63,306 nucleotides of DNA, filler included, from Choristocarpus tenellus KU-1152 (GCA_964200185.2; 10 parts of 10 records of this genome joined end to end with filler, not necessarily neighbours in it); one strand, 5' to 3'; shown: positions 39,061-53,150, counted from the whole stretch's first letter. Numbers and translations: made by a program. Notes: generated by a model not told the origin, from the letters alone.

Positions 39061-40060
39061 ATGAAGACTTCCATGTTCATGTTTAGCGCAGCTGCTCTGG
39101 CCTTCAGCGCTAGCGAGGTGATGGCCTTCCTTCTCCCGAGTAGTCTGGTTGCGGGAACTACCTCCCTCACTGCTGTAACCTCTTCAACTCGCGTCATTAC
39201 CACACACAATGCAGCATGCACTTGCCTCACATGCAGGCAGAGTATCCACAGTAGATCGTGCACCTGTTCTGCATGCTCATCTATGGTTCTCTCCGCTAAG
39301 GATCATGATGCGAGCTTCCGCTTTGGTGCCTGCTCTGTGCGCATGCAAGCTTCCCATGGTGACTGGCGTGAATGTGGAGAATGCGTTGGGAGGCCCAGTC
39401 TCCACGCAAACAATTGCGCATGCCCTGCTTGCATCCCCCGCATGAATATCAAATCCTGCACCTGTGCAGCCTGCGTAGGTGGACGTTGGACCTGTCTGAC
39501 TGTTATGGGCATGGACCCCTCTTCTGGGGCGGAGAGCACGTCACCTCCCTCAATCGATTCGCTCAAGTTGAAGCTCTCGGAGGCTCCAGAGTCCATCAAC
39601 TTCGAGGACACCATGAATGCCATTGCGGAGTCCTACAATTACACCCCCAAGCGGTGAGTAACCTAGTTAGATTGTGCATTTTAATGAACACTGGAATTAT
39701 TTACTGCTCTGTCCCAACAATGATTTATCATGGAGTCTGCTGAGGAGACCCTGAAGCTCTTCTAACCAAACCTGCTCCCAACTGCAGCAACTGACTGTGC
39801 CAATGTCTGGCGCGTCCAGGTTCGATAATGGTGTCGCGTCGAGTGATGCAGGTGTCAACGAGGGAAGCTGTAAGGTGCTGTCGATGGGCAAAATTGCAGG
39901 GTTGACTACGGATGAAGTATTGACTTGCTTTGGTGAGCACTTTAGGTCCGTGTTGGAGGACCCGAATGGTAACAGTCATGGCAACATCCGTGCTTTCATG
40001 AAAAGCGGGTGGGAAGGAGTCAGCTTTCCAGATGGCCTTTCCCTGACCCCCAAAGCGTGA
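39061..40060 (+). CDS. HopJ-family (PF08888-like) protein with plastid presequence and Cys/His-repeat region, 2 exons, 277 aa
   Basis: Exons 39061-39653 and 39820-40060 (phase-2 GT-AG). C-terminus FEDTMNAIAESYNYTPKRFDNG...AGVNEGSCKV...LTCFGEHFRSVLEDPNGNSHGNIRAFMKSGWEGVSF is a typical HopJ signature. N-terminal signal peptide ends EVMA-FLL. Confidence 0.9.
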
Positions 40061-41587
40061 GGGCCAATGAGAAGCAGGAAATTCGAGGTAGAAATGTCGT
40101 ACGGAACATAGCACGTTAAATACTCCTTCGTATTTTCAACATAAATGTATTGCTTTTTTACTCGTGCTAAACTTGCCTTCAAATGCGTTGAGCGGCATGG
40201 CAAGGTCATGTGGGTAGACCAGTTGAGCACTGGCGTAGTGGAAAACTTTGAATGCTCATAATTGCACAATAGAACGAATAGATTTCTAGACTCGTTACTC
40301 AGTGGTAGTTATGCCTGGAAGAGTAAGGGCAGCCTTAATTTAATGAAGAACCTACAATATGTGGGTGATACTGTCTGGGAGATGTTGGGGATGTTCCTCT
40401 TGTGCTCATCTTGTCAACGTGATTCAGAACCTACAGTCCACCAAGCGTTCTATAACTCAAAATATTAATCTTCTCAGCCTTGCTTTATGCAATTCTTTGC
40501 TCTTCCTGTAAACCAGTTGAATCTCAATACCTGCCCTTACCTACATAGGATAGGTGGGAAGTTCTGTCTGAAAATGACTGGTGCGTACCTCACCAAGACA
40601 TCTATATATTGACACAAAGCACAGGTAGTAGAAGCTACTGGTCTTTACTGCTTTCCCTAGGCCTTTTTTCTTCTCCGATCTTAACAATATGAATGTTTTT
40701 AGCATTTAGTGTGCAAAGCATGCCGTGTCATTCCCATGAAAGTTTAGCTGAAATACACTTTTATCAGGTGTATTTGTATTGAGTCGCAAATACATATCTG
40801 AAGAGGTTTGTACTTGACGTGACATGTGCGTGAGGGAGTTACCAATTTGCTTGGAATGAATCAGCAGCGGTTACAAGGCGAAACATTTTTGGGGACACTT
40901 GTATTTGGTTGCCGTTTTCTGCACCAAAAAGGGGCATGATGGGGTGATGCAAAACTCTTCTAGTGTTGGGAGTTGACAGCTACCCTTGACCTGAACTTGA
41001 TACCAGAGTCCAGCCTCCACCCTCCATTTACTATATCTCCTTCAGAATACAGAGGTTATTACACCCTCCACCAAAAAAGTTATAATCTTCACACACGTAG
41101 CGCTCTCCGCACAAAGGTACTCTAGGATCTTCCCACATCCCTTACAGATATATGTGACCTTGCCTTCAATTGTTGGCAGTGGCACCAGACAACCATGCAG
41201 CAGGACCCCATTGCCTGTTACATATTGCGTTATCACCTACTTAACTGGCAGCTTGCCACTGCAGAATCCATCATCCACTCTGTTCTCAGGGGTTTACGAT
41301 ATTGCGAATGGCCCTGATCGGGTTCTGGTTACTGTACACTAACTTTAGTAGCTCTAAATACCACCCCTCAATATTAAGTGAAATACCTCCGATTTATGAA
41401 GTAGGGAAAAAAATAGGTGGCAAACATTTATTTTCTTAAAACACTCCAATTTCACTTAGGGAAAATTTCCAATTTAGGGTCAAAACCGTCGACCTGACGA
41501 TTTTCTGTCAATATTTCGTTGGAAACACCTCACACCTCACTCATAACACATCCAACATCTTGTAACAAGGACCTGTTTGCCCTTGGC

Positions 41588-43742
41588 ATGACTTGTTCTA
41601 GGGAACGGACACAGACTTTCGTACTCAAACATTTTCTTCCTCTAGGTTTTTTGTTTGTACTAGTCTTCGCACTGCTTTGGCCAGCCCCAGGCAAGGCCTT
41701 GGGCAAGGAGAAAGTGGATGGGTTTCGTGTTGTGCAGACCATCAACGTAATCGTTATCTTCATCATTTCTGGACTCACGCTTAAGACAGATGATATCAAG
41801 AAGGCTGTGAGCAAGGATGGAAGGGTTGGCTACGGCTATGGAGTCGTGACTATCCTGGTAACCACGGCCTCCTTTGGGTTTCTCGCTGTGGAGATACCCT
41901 TTGAAGTGAAAGAGTTTGCCTACGGTCTGGCCGTATTTTGCATCGTGCCGACAACCCTTTCGTCTGGAGTGACGCTTGTGTCTCAGGTAAATCAATGGGT
42001 GGAGTTGGTAGCTTCCAGTTCCCCTCCCGCCCTCCTTCCTGAGCTCGATTTGCATCTTGTTTTGAGTTTGTTGAGCGCTGATCGTGCCACCACTACACTC
42101 CCCAAATCGGCATGATGCAAAAGACTAATTGATATGCCCTGAGTACTCTTTGTGCCCCACGCCCCGTTGCTGCAGGGCGGTGGAAATGGTGCCCTTGCGC
42201 TGCTACTGACCGTGACAACCAACCTTTTAGGAGTTATTACAACGCCTTTCTTCGTAGAGGCTGTGATGAAGGCAGGCGGCGCATCAATTGACGCCGTGGA
42301 GTTGTTGATTAAGCTGGTGAGAACGGAAAACTGGTGACAAGTTCGCCTCCCCCATCCTGCCCTTCCCCCCCCTTCCCGCCCCTTCACCCCCTTGCGTTCT
42401 TAATCTCTGGCCTCTCTTGAGCACCCTAAACTACTTGTTCGACCAAGTTAATATCCAGTGTTTGAGATTGACTTGACTTACAGTGATGTAAGGAATTAGC
42501 GTAGATCATACACTTGATCTGTAAGTTTGCGACACACTTCATATTTCTTCACTTATCAACATAGTTACAAGATATCAATAAGACAAGTACAAAGTCGGAA
42601 CTTGGTAACCCATGCACACTGATGATAGTTCCTGTATATTTTCTAGCCACTATTCAAATTCTCACTATTGCGACACATACTCACCACAACTTGGGGTTGC
42701 CCACCACCATTTTATTCGATTGAATGAAACAGGTTATCAGTGTACTCATCCCACTATTGGTGGGTAAGCTGGTCCGGGAGTTTGGGCCAGGGGTTAAGGG
42801 GTGGGTAACTCGGTGGAAGAAGCAACTGAGTTTCACCAACAGCACTATGCTCATCATGGTGGTGTGGCAGACACTGAGCCGGGCTCAGGATGATATCACT
42901 TCCATACCCTTTGAACAGATCCTAGGTGTCATTGCTTCAGGGATCGCTTTGCACATAATGTGAGAAAGTGAATTGCTGCTATTGTTGGGTGTGTGTGTGC
43001 GCAAGAGAGCGGGGGGGGATTAAGAATGATATTGAACTGAAGAGGGACTCCTCAGCAGGTGGAGGAGATAAGTGTTTGAGTCTCACTAGCATGGTGGTTC
43101 TGTTCCGCACAAGTCAGCATGTGAGATATTGGATTGACAGTTCCAGCTGACCAACTACTGAGACAGTAGCACTGTTATTGTTCTCTCACTGTCTATCTTC
43201 TGCGAGCAGTATAAATAGGGTGCATGGTAGTACAGCGATCTTGTGTCTTATGCCCCAGACCTTGACAGCATGGATGGAGGTTTGTTTTCATTTGAACAAC
43301 GATTGTAGGTAGGTGGCTTCCTCTGGTTTCTTCCCGTCACCATCACCATGATGTGCTGCCACAATAAATCCGTAAAGTCTTGTTCCATAACCTGACACTC
43401 CAACCTTCTCTTCCTTGCCACTGCCCCTGATCATCCCATCCTGGCAGTTTCCTAACCATAAACTGGCCAATATGCAACTTGATCCTCAAGCTGGAGCGTC
43501 GAGAGATGAAGGCGGTTGTGATAATGGCCTCGCAGAAAACCCTCCCAGTGTCAGTCACAGTGATTGCGTACTTGAAAGGTTTGGGTGCTGAAGGTCTGAT
43601 GACAATTCCCTGCATTGTCAGTCACATGTCGCAGCTCTTCATAGACTCTTACATTTCCTCCAAGTGGGGTGAAGAAACCGAAGAAGAGGAGCTGTCGCTG
43701 TCATCCCTTTCTAAAGATACAAACGTAGAGCAACAAGTTTAA
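41588..43742 (+). CDS. Sodium/bile-acid symporter-like transporter (SBF-like; BASS4/SLC10A7 group), 4 exons
   Basis: Exons 41588-41986, 42176-42316, 42733-42959, 43448-43742 (phases match). Motifs HFLPLG, IFIISGLTLKT, PTTLSSGVTL, GNGALALLLTV.TNLLG, ASQKTLPVSVTVI, PCIVSHMSQLFIDS. Confidence 0.9.
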
Positions 43743-46700
43743 CCTGGAAGCTTTCTCGAATCCTCAACACTAGTTAGTACCTTCTTGCGTTTTGATGTTT
43801 GTGATTGTTTGATCAGTATTTTAGTATATTTTACTTGTTGAAGGACTTCGCATTTTTGCGTGTAATGTATTAGCCCTGCTACTATGGGACCACTTGTGGC
43901 ATTGTCTACAGGGTTGGCTGCAGCATTATATACTCCCACATTTGTGTAGGTTGGCAACAAACACAGGACGAGCACTTCTCACTGTGTTGGATCCTCGTGG
44001 CCCTTTTCTTTTCACCACAGTGCTAGAATGATAGCTGACTTAGACTGTAGTTTATATTGTAGGAAGGACGACGAGGCGACTCCAGTCTATCCTGTACCGA
44101 AATTGAAGTTGATCTTACTCTTGTATTTTGTGCGTAGTACATGGAAAAGTGGCCTGCTAGCTACACCATTTTGTGTCCTCGTCCCACACACCACTGTTCA
44201 CTTTTGATGTTGCCATGGAGTATTTGTCAAGCTTGTGCCAGGGGGGGAGACACCTGACCGAAAATAACGTCATTGCTGTTTGGCGTTTTTAGAATTGGCC
44301 AACTTTGCACCTTCAAAAAGCTGCACTAGATAGTTTTGTGTTGCCAGAGATATGGGGCAAGGTGGAAGGGGCAAGGAAGGACCTCAGTACCCGCTGGGCT
44401 ATACTATGAACATTATCCATCTGGGCTGGATGCATAGGAAATACTCATTTATTACAGCCTGCCTCGTCTAGCCAACAAATCTAAGATTCTGTTTTACAAG
44501 GTTTCACTTAAGTTTTCTGGGTGTTCCCTGTGTGCAGGGTGACTCAACTGAGTTCAGGAAATATGTTGGTGTGATTTGTGGCGAGTCTCTGATTAGCAAT
44601 GTGCTTTTTTGACTCAATGTGGGTCCATAACGATAGTATGTATGTATTATTGATTATGATTGAAATTAAACTTTGCATTTTGAGCGTATGGAGCACTTTT
44701 ATTTTTTTAAATGTTTTTAACGTGGTTGAATGCTGTTCTGAATTTTGCGGATTACTGGTTTGGTGTCTCATCCAGTCTATGTCACCTTGTACTGCCTGCT
44801 TTGTTCATTGTTCTTGCTCTTGTGCCTCTGAAATGACACATCTCTTGAGCAAGAAGTCAAAAGTCGCAACTAGGTTCCTAGTACATTTTGTTTTACTATA
44901 TCCATGCCCTCTTCCCATGATCCCATGATCGATCCAGCCACACAAGAAAGAACATAGACGTCATGCTGGCTGAGTATATCAAACCAGTCAATCAGAAGAC
45001 TATGTCGAAACAACAGCCTGCTTGTGAACAGCACATGTGTTGATTTATTTTTTGTATTTTCAATTGTGATGATTCCATAGAGTTAATTTGTTCAGTTGAA
45101 GAATAATCGATATTTGCAAAATGTAACCTTTCAATTTTTAGAGTCGATAATCCTCTTGAGTGCATTGTAGGGCGCTGTTTGCTTTATAGACATTCAAACC
45201 GTGCTGTGTGCGTTTTGCGTTGTGTGCTGTGCACTTACTTCAATTCAGTGCAGTACATCAAGTCGTTTGGAGCTGATTTAAGATATGCTCAGAGTTTTGT
45301 TCAACTTTGAACACTACTTCGATGAGAGAGGAGACACCACCTCAGACGAACACCTCACCCCTCCATTGGTATTGACGATTGACCCATCCAGTTGGTTTGG
45401 CAGGTTGACCTCAAAAGCAATACACTGGGCTGGGCGGCATTCATCAACGCAACCTAAGTTGCTGCTCACTTGTAAAGCAGCATTCAACTACTGGAAGTAT
45501 TTACTTTGTGATGTTTCTTCTTCTGGTATCATCAAAATATATAATAATATTGAGTACATTGTACGTACCGAACACCTTTCAATATGTTCCCAAACCCAGG
45601 AGTATGGCTTATCTTCTTGATATTGTAGGGTGCCTACAGCCAACGTACAACAGTATGTTTTGAGCCTAACTGATTGGTGGGGGGCAGGCAGGGCTACATT
45701 TTGAGCCCGAGAAAGGGCAATAATACACTGTTTCTTACGGTTACTGAAAGACCCTTTGCTTAAGGTGTCACTTTGTGAAAAGGGGGGAGATAAATTTCAT
45801 ACACTATTGTGCACATAGAACAATGAAACAGAGTGCATTGCACAGGGTAAGAAATATGACTTAGTAGGCAAATGTGTTCAAACCTGCCTATCTCTCAATA
45901 GTTTGGGCCACCTCCGCTCAATAAGTACAAGCGCCATACAAAAAACTGTAGGTTGTTATGTTGTTGATAACTATTGCCCGTTATGCCATAATAGCAGCTG
46001 GTGAGTGCATTGTATTAGCACCTCAGCATGGCATGGGACAAGTAGTACATAGTTCCTAGTTGTAGAAGTAGGTGATATTAGAGTGATGGTAGGCTACCTG
46101 GTCAGTGTCCAAGTTAGGCCTTAAAAGTAGTAATTATATAATGGGTACATTTGAATACCTAGTATGTACAGATATAATATCTGGTTTAGTAAAAGCTACT
46201 GTACTTGGATTTATTATATCCGTAATGAGTTGTTACCATGGTTAGTATTCAGATTAAGGAGCACGAGGAGTGGGATCTGCGACAACATCAGCGGTTACGA
46301 TATCAAAAGGACCATTATCATGCAATAAATTATAATTTTGTGAAGTATCAAATGTTAACTTTATTTTATCACTCCAATTATTTTCTTCTATTTGTGAGAG
46401 GTATCTTCCACAGAAGGTATAACCTGAAGGTAAACCATCTTGAACATTATGATAATCATATGGCATTTGTTCTTGCATGTTGAAGATAGCATCTGCTTGA
46501 AGTAAGATCGGGTGGTTTGAGGGGACCTTACAACCCCCCCTCGTTCACTTACCACTTGAACACTCTTTCCCTGAGTGATCTTCTGAGGGATTGCTATCCC
46601 TCTTTGACTTGTCTCTCTTTGATCTTGCCTCCTCTGGGTCTTCCTGCTCCCCTTCATTCCGAAGTATCTGTCGGCTTGTTTCCATCTGTTTCACATATTA

Positions 46701-47615
46701 AATTATTATATAACCTAACATCTCATTGCTTTTATCAAGCCCTGTATAAAACTTAACACCTTTATTTAGAAAATATTTCATGAACAGACCCCGTAGATGT
46801 GAAATCTTTTTGGGTACTATACCCATACAGACTCATGTCAGCAAACATACCAGAATAGAAAGTTGTATAATAGATGCCCCAGTATATACAAATCCCATAG
46901 ATGGAAGGGATATACCCATCAAAGCAGCATATATCCGAAACATTTGAGCATTTTGAGAGCTAATCTCTATGTACGTGTCTATTTTCTTACTCTGGGAATA
47001 TATATTACCTTCACTCTAGCCTGGGGACTATCTAAGTCTGTGATCAGAAGCACTACACACTGCCAACTGCAACTAATTTTTGCACTATGACTAATTGCAC
47101 CGCCTCCATTCATGACTCTACTTATCGCAAATTGGGTTCAGTCATCCCACCACTCTTCATTCTCCACAATTGAACACAAGTTCTAAGAAAATAACCTCAA
47201 TTTGTACGCCGGTGTATGGCATACGGCAGTAATGTCATAATCATAGATAACTTTGCCTTTTCACATCGCCCTGCTTCTAATCGGCCCTGAAGCTATGTTA
47301 ACATGATCCGGGGCCAACCAAAAGGTGACGTTTGCGAGAAAATGTGAAATAGATGTGACCAAGTTCCACAACAGACTTGATAGATATAGATAGATCAGGA
47401 CTAGAAGTATCTTAACAAGAAATTAAGGTGTACCTTTCTGATGTGCGGTACACGTTTTCCATAGAAACAAGATTTCCTTGAAAGGAAAGTTGGGCTAAGA
47501 AGCAGGTTTAGAACAAATATGTACATAAACATTATTCTACCGAGCGAATGTTGTGATTGTGGACTCGTCCACAACCTATTATCTCTAACCTGCCAAGTTG
47601 GATAGTGGGGAAAAA

Positions 47616-47688
47616 TGGAGCCAAGGGGATTTGGACCCCCGATCTTTTCGGTGCAAGCGAAACATGTTAGCCCCTTCACCATCGCCCC
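47616..47688 (-). tRNA. tRNA-Ala(UGC)-derived pseudogene or SINE head
   Basis: 73 nt, GGGGCGA...TTTCG-CT TGC AC-CGAAA...GGGGG-TCCAAAT-CCCCT-TGGCTCCA. Intact anticodon stem with TGC, G3:U70 pair and discriminator A; T-loop, D-arm and one acceptor pair are degraded. Confidence 0.6.
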
Positions 47689-48519
47689 AACTCCGACAAG
47701 AAAAGATTTGATCAAGACTTATGTTTAACTTTGAGACGAACGACTAGAACCTCCCACCCCTGTCATCGATCACTTAGAGTGAAATTGTGAAATCAAAGTA
47801 GCAAGCTCACAACCTCACAACAATGTCATCAAAGGAGCACTACGCATCAGTGATTCGAGTGATAAATAGTTGGATTCTTCCTTCGAACAAAGATGGAGAC
47901 CAAAATAATATTATCAAATTTTATTAGTGAATATATCAGATCTTATAGTTTTGGTCTTCTTGTCTTGTCCTTCCTTGGCATATCTCCAAAATGTCAGTGG
48001 GGCATAATTATATAATATCTGTAACTATTGTCATACCACCCCTCTTGCAAATAACTGTACTATTAGTAGTGTATTTTCATGTTCCCCTTCCTCATGAAAA
48101 AAGGCTGGGATGATTGAACATTCCGCTTCACTGGACATCAATAATATTTGTACCTATTGCTATGAGCTTCTTCGTGGCTCAGTGGGCTAAGAGGGTTGTT
48201 TTCTGGATGAATTTTGGGGGTTTAGGCGGCATTTATATTTAAAAGGGATTTTGTTAATGATAAAAGTCCTAGTGGCAAGCACTACGGGGTAGCGGATCTA
48301 CCTCCACTATTTTGTTTGTGGCTATGCCTCAAGAGGCAAGACCAAAAATGACGTGAGAAGGCTTCAGTACCAAGCGGTGCCTAGTCAAGTCTAGCAGCAA
48401 AAGATCCGTGGGAGGAGGTAAAGCAACGATCAATACTACTGTATGATTGAATTATGCCCAAATGGGCCAAAATGTATGCATTGTGTATTATTGACATTAT
48501 TAGTACAGACTCTAGGTAG

Positions 48520-48704
48520 CCTCTCAGAGTACCCAGGAGGGGGGGGGGCGTTTACACCAGGGTGTCATTCAGGCCCTGACCAGGAGAAGTGCACTTACAT
48601 TATCCATACGATCCATGCAACCAAATCACCCAAAAATCGCTACATGGAAAAATGGACCCCAAATGGACAGTTGCCACCCTCCCCCCCCCCAGATACTTTG
48701 AGCT
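48520..48704 (-). mobile_element. Near full-length MITE subfamily A copy
   Basis: Both ends present (CTCAGAGTACCCAGG...G-run; C-run AGATACTTTGAGC) with the shared internal core. Confidence 0.8.
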
Positions 48705-49324
48705 TTTTTGAGGGTAAATACGTCAGTTGCAGTCAGTTGATCTTAGTGTTAGAATTGAGAACTGATTCCTCCTCCTGTGTGCAGGAACCCAACCACTATC
48801 AACAGTATTAATAATTCTGCATCCTTTTCGTCAGGGTCTCTTTCGGCTGAGTCGTAGCGAGGTTTTTTACACAATCGTGGACAAAGGACAGATAGTTAAT
48901 TGGAGACTACACCCTGTAACAATCAAATTTAGGTATATATATGATCACCCTTCAGAACAGGAAAACGCTGGAGGATACAAGGGGAACAAGTGGTATTTGG
49001 ACCCACCAATATTGTACTGTGCACTTAAATGAAACAAGGACATGAATGTATATGCGGTCTAATGATGTATTTCATAACAATATATCCTCTTGTCCATCCA
49101 TCCCTGTAGAAAACTCTACAATTATGTCGAAGTGCTGTAAAGAAATGACCCCCAAGATACTTGATTAAGACTAAGGAATATGGGCATCACCGAAATTGGA
49201 CCAAGAAGCAGTTCCCCTTTCAGTCCTTTCCTTTGTGTCTATTTCCCTCAGATAGTCGATCTTTTTTGAAGCCCTATTTAATACTCCACAAATTCACAAA
49301 AAAGGGACAAAGACTCAGCCTTGA

Positions 49325-49478
49325 GACCCAAAGTACCTGGGGCAGGGGGGGGGCTAGACCAGAAACGTGCACTTACATTATCCATCCAACGTATGCAACC
49401 AAATCACACAAGAGTTGCGACATAAAAAAAAATGACCCTGAATGGACAGCCGCCACCCCCCCCCAGATACTTTGAGCC
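49325..49478 (-). mobile_element. Internally shortened MITE subfamily A copy
   Basis: GACCCAAAGTACCTGGGG ... CCCCAGATACTTTGAGCC with the shared core. Confidence 0.8.
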
Positions 49479-51915
49479 GTGATAGATTATCCTGAACCAA
49501 CGTCATGTCATAGATTTTTCACACTCTCCTTATGTTATAGTGGTAGGCAAGCCCTGGTCTACGCGGTTGGTTGATGCAATGCTTCAAAGCAAAAGATAGG
49601 GAAATAGACTCGTGAGCATTCTGCAACCAGGTGACGTCATTGCATCTGCCTATACAGTATGTGAAACCCTATGTGTGCTGATGGTAGATGCGGATGGAAT
49701 CATGGGGCATGACAACCCTCACTCAGACTGGAGAATCGATTCCTACTGTAAAAGAGTGATTGGCATGGTACAGGAAAGTTCTCAGAACAAGGGAAGATCC
49801 CACCGAATGAGATACCTTCACTGCATACAGCCAGTTGTGCATGGCAGATCTCTCTGTCACTCCAGGGCAGACATCTCTTCACTTTGCATCACCAGCAACA
49901 AGGGCGGAAATGGCAACAATGAAGGAAAGAAAAAGAGTAATCATTGCCTATGATCTGAACAGTGAAATACCTACGATTTGTAAGGAGGAAGGCGGTTGCT
50001 GTTGGAGAGGTGGCCTGAAGCAATAAATAAAAAGACAGAGGAAAGGGCGGTGGACAAATGAAACAGATCCCACCCATTGCCCAGAGAGGTTTTGGGTTTG
50101 CAAGACACATCACCGCCAAAAAGAATGAGGGAATACACAACAACCAAATCAGGTCCCTTACAACAACCCCTCCCCCCAATAGTTGTGGTTTGAGATGCAC
50201 CGATACTCCAGAATATCATTTTCTGCAACGAGTAATACAACCCCTAAATTCACGTGTCCACCTATGCAAAACCCTAAGCCTGCAGGCACATTTTACCCTC
50301 TTCTTCCTCTCTTACACAAACCATGGGTTGCTCCAGTCCTCGGCCATCTCACGTGCCAGTGCATGCAGGAAATACTCAATAGAAACAGTTACAAGTACAT
50401 CAACAAAAACAGGTCTGCTCATACACCCCTCAGCCATGCAGGTCTCCATGGGCCTCTCTTGCCTTCAGTGGTCCAACATTCCATACTGATGTACACAATC
50501 TTACTGGGGCAGAACTACAAAAAAAGAGCCAGTCATTCATCCAGGCGGTATAGGGTAAGGATCACATTCACTTTTCCGTCTCTCCTGGAGAGGCAGGCAG
50601 CAAGGCAGGGGCTGCTGCAATAGGTTTGTGATTGGCAAACCTCAGTGTATGGGCAGCCCACAAGGAACTTCCAAGCACACTGAGGGCCCCAACTTGGTGT
50701 GCAGCAGCCAATGGAACAGGCACACAGTTGAGGAGGGTGGTGACACCCAGCGTCGCCTTTCAACAAAGACAGTTCAAAGGGTCAGGTGGGTGAAAGGAGG
50801 GTCGGTCATTGGGTTGAGGAAAGGGGAGGAATGCAATTCAGAGCATGAGGCTATACCTGGGCATTGTTCATACCCACTGGAAGGCATTGTGCCATGAGCA
50901 GTCAGCTGGCAGGGGGTTTGGATGTGATACACCAATAAGTAGGTTATGAATGCTTTTGGTAACAGACACTGGGCCGTACGATCCGGACAGGACGAGGTGG
51001 GATTATTTTGGAGCAGGGGTGAAGGGACTGACCTGAGAGTCCTGCTTCAATCAAAAAAGGTCCATCATATGTATGCAAATACAGAGTACGACTGTGTGTT
51101 TCAAATTGCATGCTGTGAATGAGCCAATAAACAGGTACTAGTTGCGTACTGTACTGTAGGTAGGTAGGTAGGTAGAGGTAGGTAGGTAGGTATTGTGTAA
51201 GAGCAAGAGTATACTCAGGTAGTATACGCTTTCATGTGTTTCACACTCCATGTCACATTCACCCAGAATATCAAACTTGTACTACCAGCGACGATCGATC
51301 CACCCAGGCTCTTGAACACGACCAAATGTTCTTCTGTACTTCTGTACTGTTTACAACTCAACGACAACACAAAATGGAGCAGCGAACCAGGTGCCTAGCA
51401 TGTCAGAGCCATCCTCATGGTCGAAGTGTCCATTCGAATACGATAAATACGATTGAATGGAGTTACTCACACCCATCCCATAGAGTCTCGACTATGGTCA
51501 GCAGTATATAGGCAAAAGAGCTTACCGCAAAGAAAAAAAATATTAATCATCATTACCCTCTTTTCCAAACTTACACTCAGCATTCAAATATCACACGGTG
51601 TTCATGCTAAAAAAAACAACACAGAAACGACATTTAGGTCCAGCAATCAATGCCTCAGCTCATGCATACCCTGCATTGCCAGGATTAGTGCAGAGATCTG
51701 AGAGCATGCCACAACAGTGCCATACCCAGGCAAACTCCAGCCCCTCCCCCCCCCACCCCCATTTTTTTTTTTTTCTGAACAAGCACTCNNNNNNNNNNNN
51801 NNNNNNNNNNNNNNNNNNNNNNNNNNNNNNNNTTAATTAATTAANNNNNNNNNNNNNNNNNNNNNNNNNNNNNNNNNNNNNNNNNNNNCCCCCCCCCTCC
51901 CAGATACTTTGGGTC

Positions 51916-53150
51916 AGATTCCACCGCAGTCATGAACACCGAAGTACAAGTTGTAGCATCATCGGTACGTCCACCACACTTGGTCCAAATGCGTATTGGG
52001 GAACCTCCCTTCTCGTGTCCATTCTTACCACACTTCTCACAAGGAATCTTCTCGGAACTTTTAGGGTTGGAATTAGAACTATTTTTCTTTCTTGGACAAT
52101 GAAATTTACGTTCGACCCCACAACTCTGGCCGTTATGATGAGATTGACTCTTCCCCTGTGATGAGCTGCTATCAACCAAAGCGTGGCTGTTCTTGTGTCT
52201 TGAGTCCTTCCCCTCATAAGGGAAGTATATCGCTCTCTAGCAGTTTTCTCTACGTCTGATCGACATAGTGTCCTCTGCGAGGCCATCATGCGTATCTCGG
52301 TATCGTAATCTGATCCACTCAGAAACTGTAGGAGCAGCAGCTTGCCCGAGATGACCAGGTCCATTGATAGCATCCTACCCCGTAGCTCTTCCAAGTGGTT
52401 TAAGGTCAGGATCGGATTCGCCCCCTTCTACACCTTTGAAGTGAAAAGCTCACGGAACAAATGTTGGCTATTACCCATTGTATTAGGCATGAACCAATCA
52501 TCTATTCCTCGGAAAAGCTTGCTCAGACTTTGGTGCGTATAGTACAGAGCCCTGGTGGTGGGTGCGACAAGAGCAACAGTAAGTGCATGGTAAACCTCTT
52601 CAACCATTCAGATATCATTCGCACTGAAGCCCGTCCAAGAGAATTTCCTTGTAGGAGCGTTCTTGGTTGACTGGTCTTCACTTGTCAACGTAGCCAGGCA
52701 GTGGGTATATCGGCAATGCACGATGAAACGCCTCCGGCAGTCCCAGTAGTCGGAGTCGTCCAATAGTTTCGGTGGTTGGGTCCTTGATCTCTTCGTCTTA
52801 GGGCGAACATTATGTGCCCCTGACCCCAAACTCTCTGAAAAACTGAACCTCGGGCTCATCCCACTTCTGACGCTCACATCATCCAAACTGTTTCCCCTCT
52901 CCAGGAAATTGTCCCTCAACATGGGTTCCATAGGACCCACTTCGACTGGTGCGCGCTCAGCTGGAGGCTGTGTGCTGGGCACAGCATCCTGGACGACGGG
53001 ATAATTTCTGCCGCCTACTCTATCAGGCTGCAACATGAGATTGCCAACGTTTCTTGACAGATCCGCTACCGTCGCCATAAGCTGTCGGAATTCTTGAACA
53101 GATGGTCCCTCGGCAGGAACAGGTAGAATCGCATCTCCATGTGTAGACAT
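51916..53150 (-). mobile_element. Ty1/Copia-like LTR retrotransposon gag relic
   Basis: Frameshifted ORFs: PPKLLDDSDYWDCRRRF..., GANPILTLNHLEELRGRM...FLSGSDYDTEIRMM...DVEKTARERY (Retrotran_gag_2-like), and degenerate zinc knuckles CEKCGKNGH...KCGG....TTC. Cut by a MITE end at 51915. Confidence 0.7.

Noticed and set aside
49600-50200. Possible plus-strand LINE RT relic (HLFTL, IAYDL)
   Set aside because: Too few motifs, scattered across frames.
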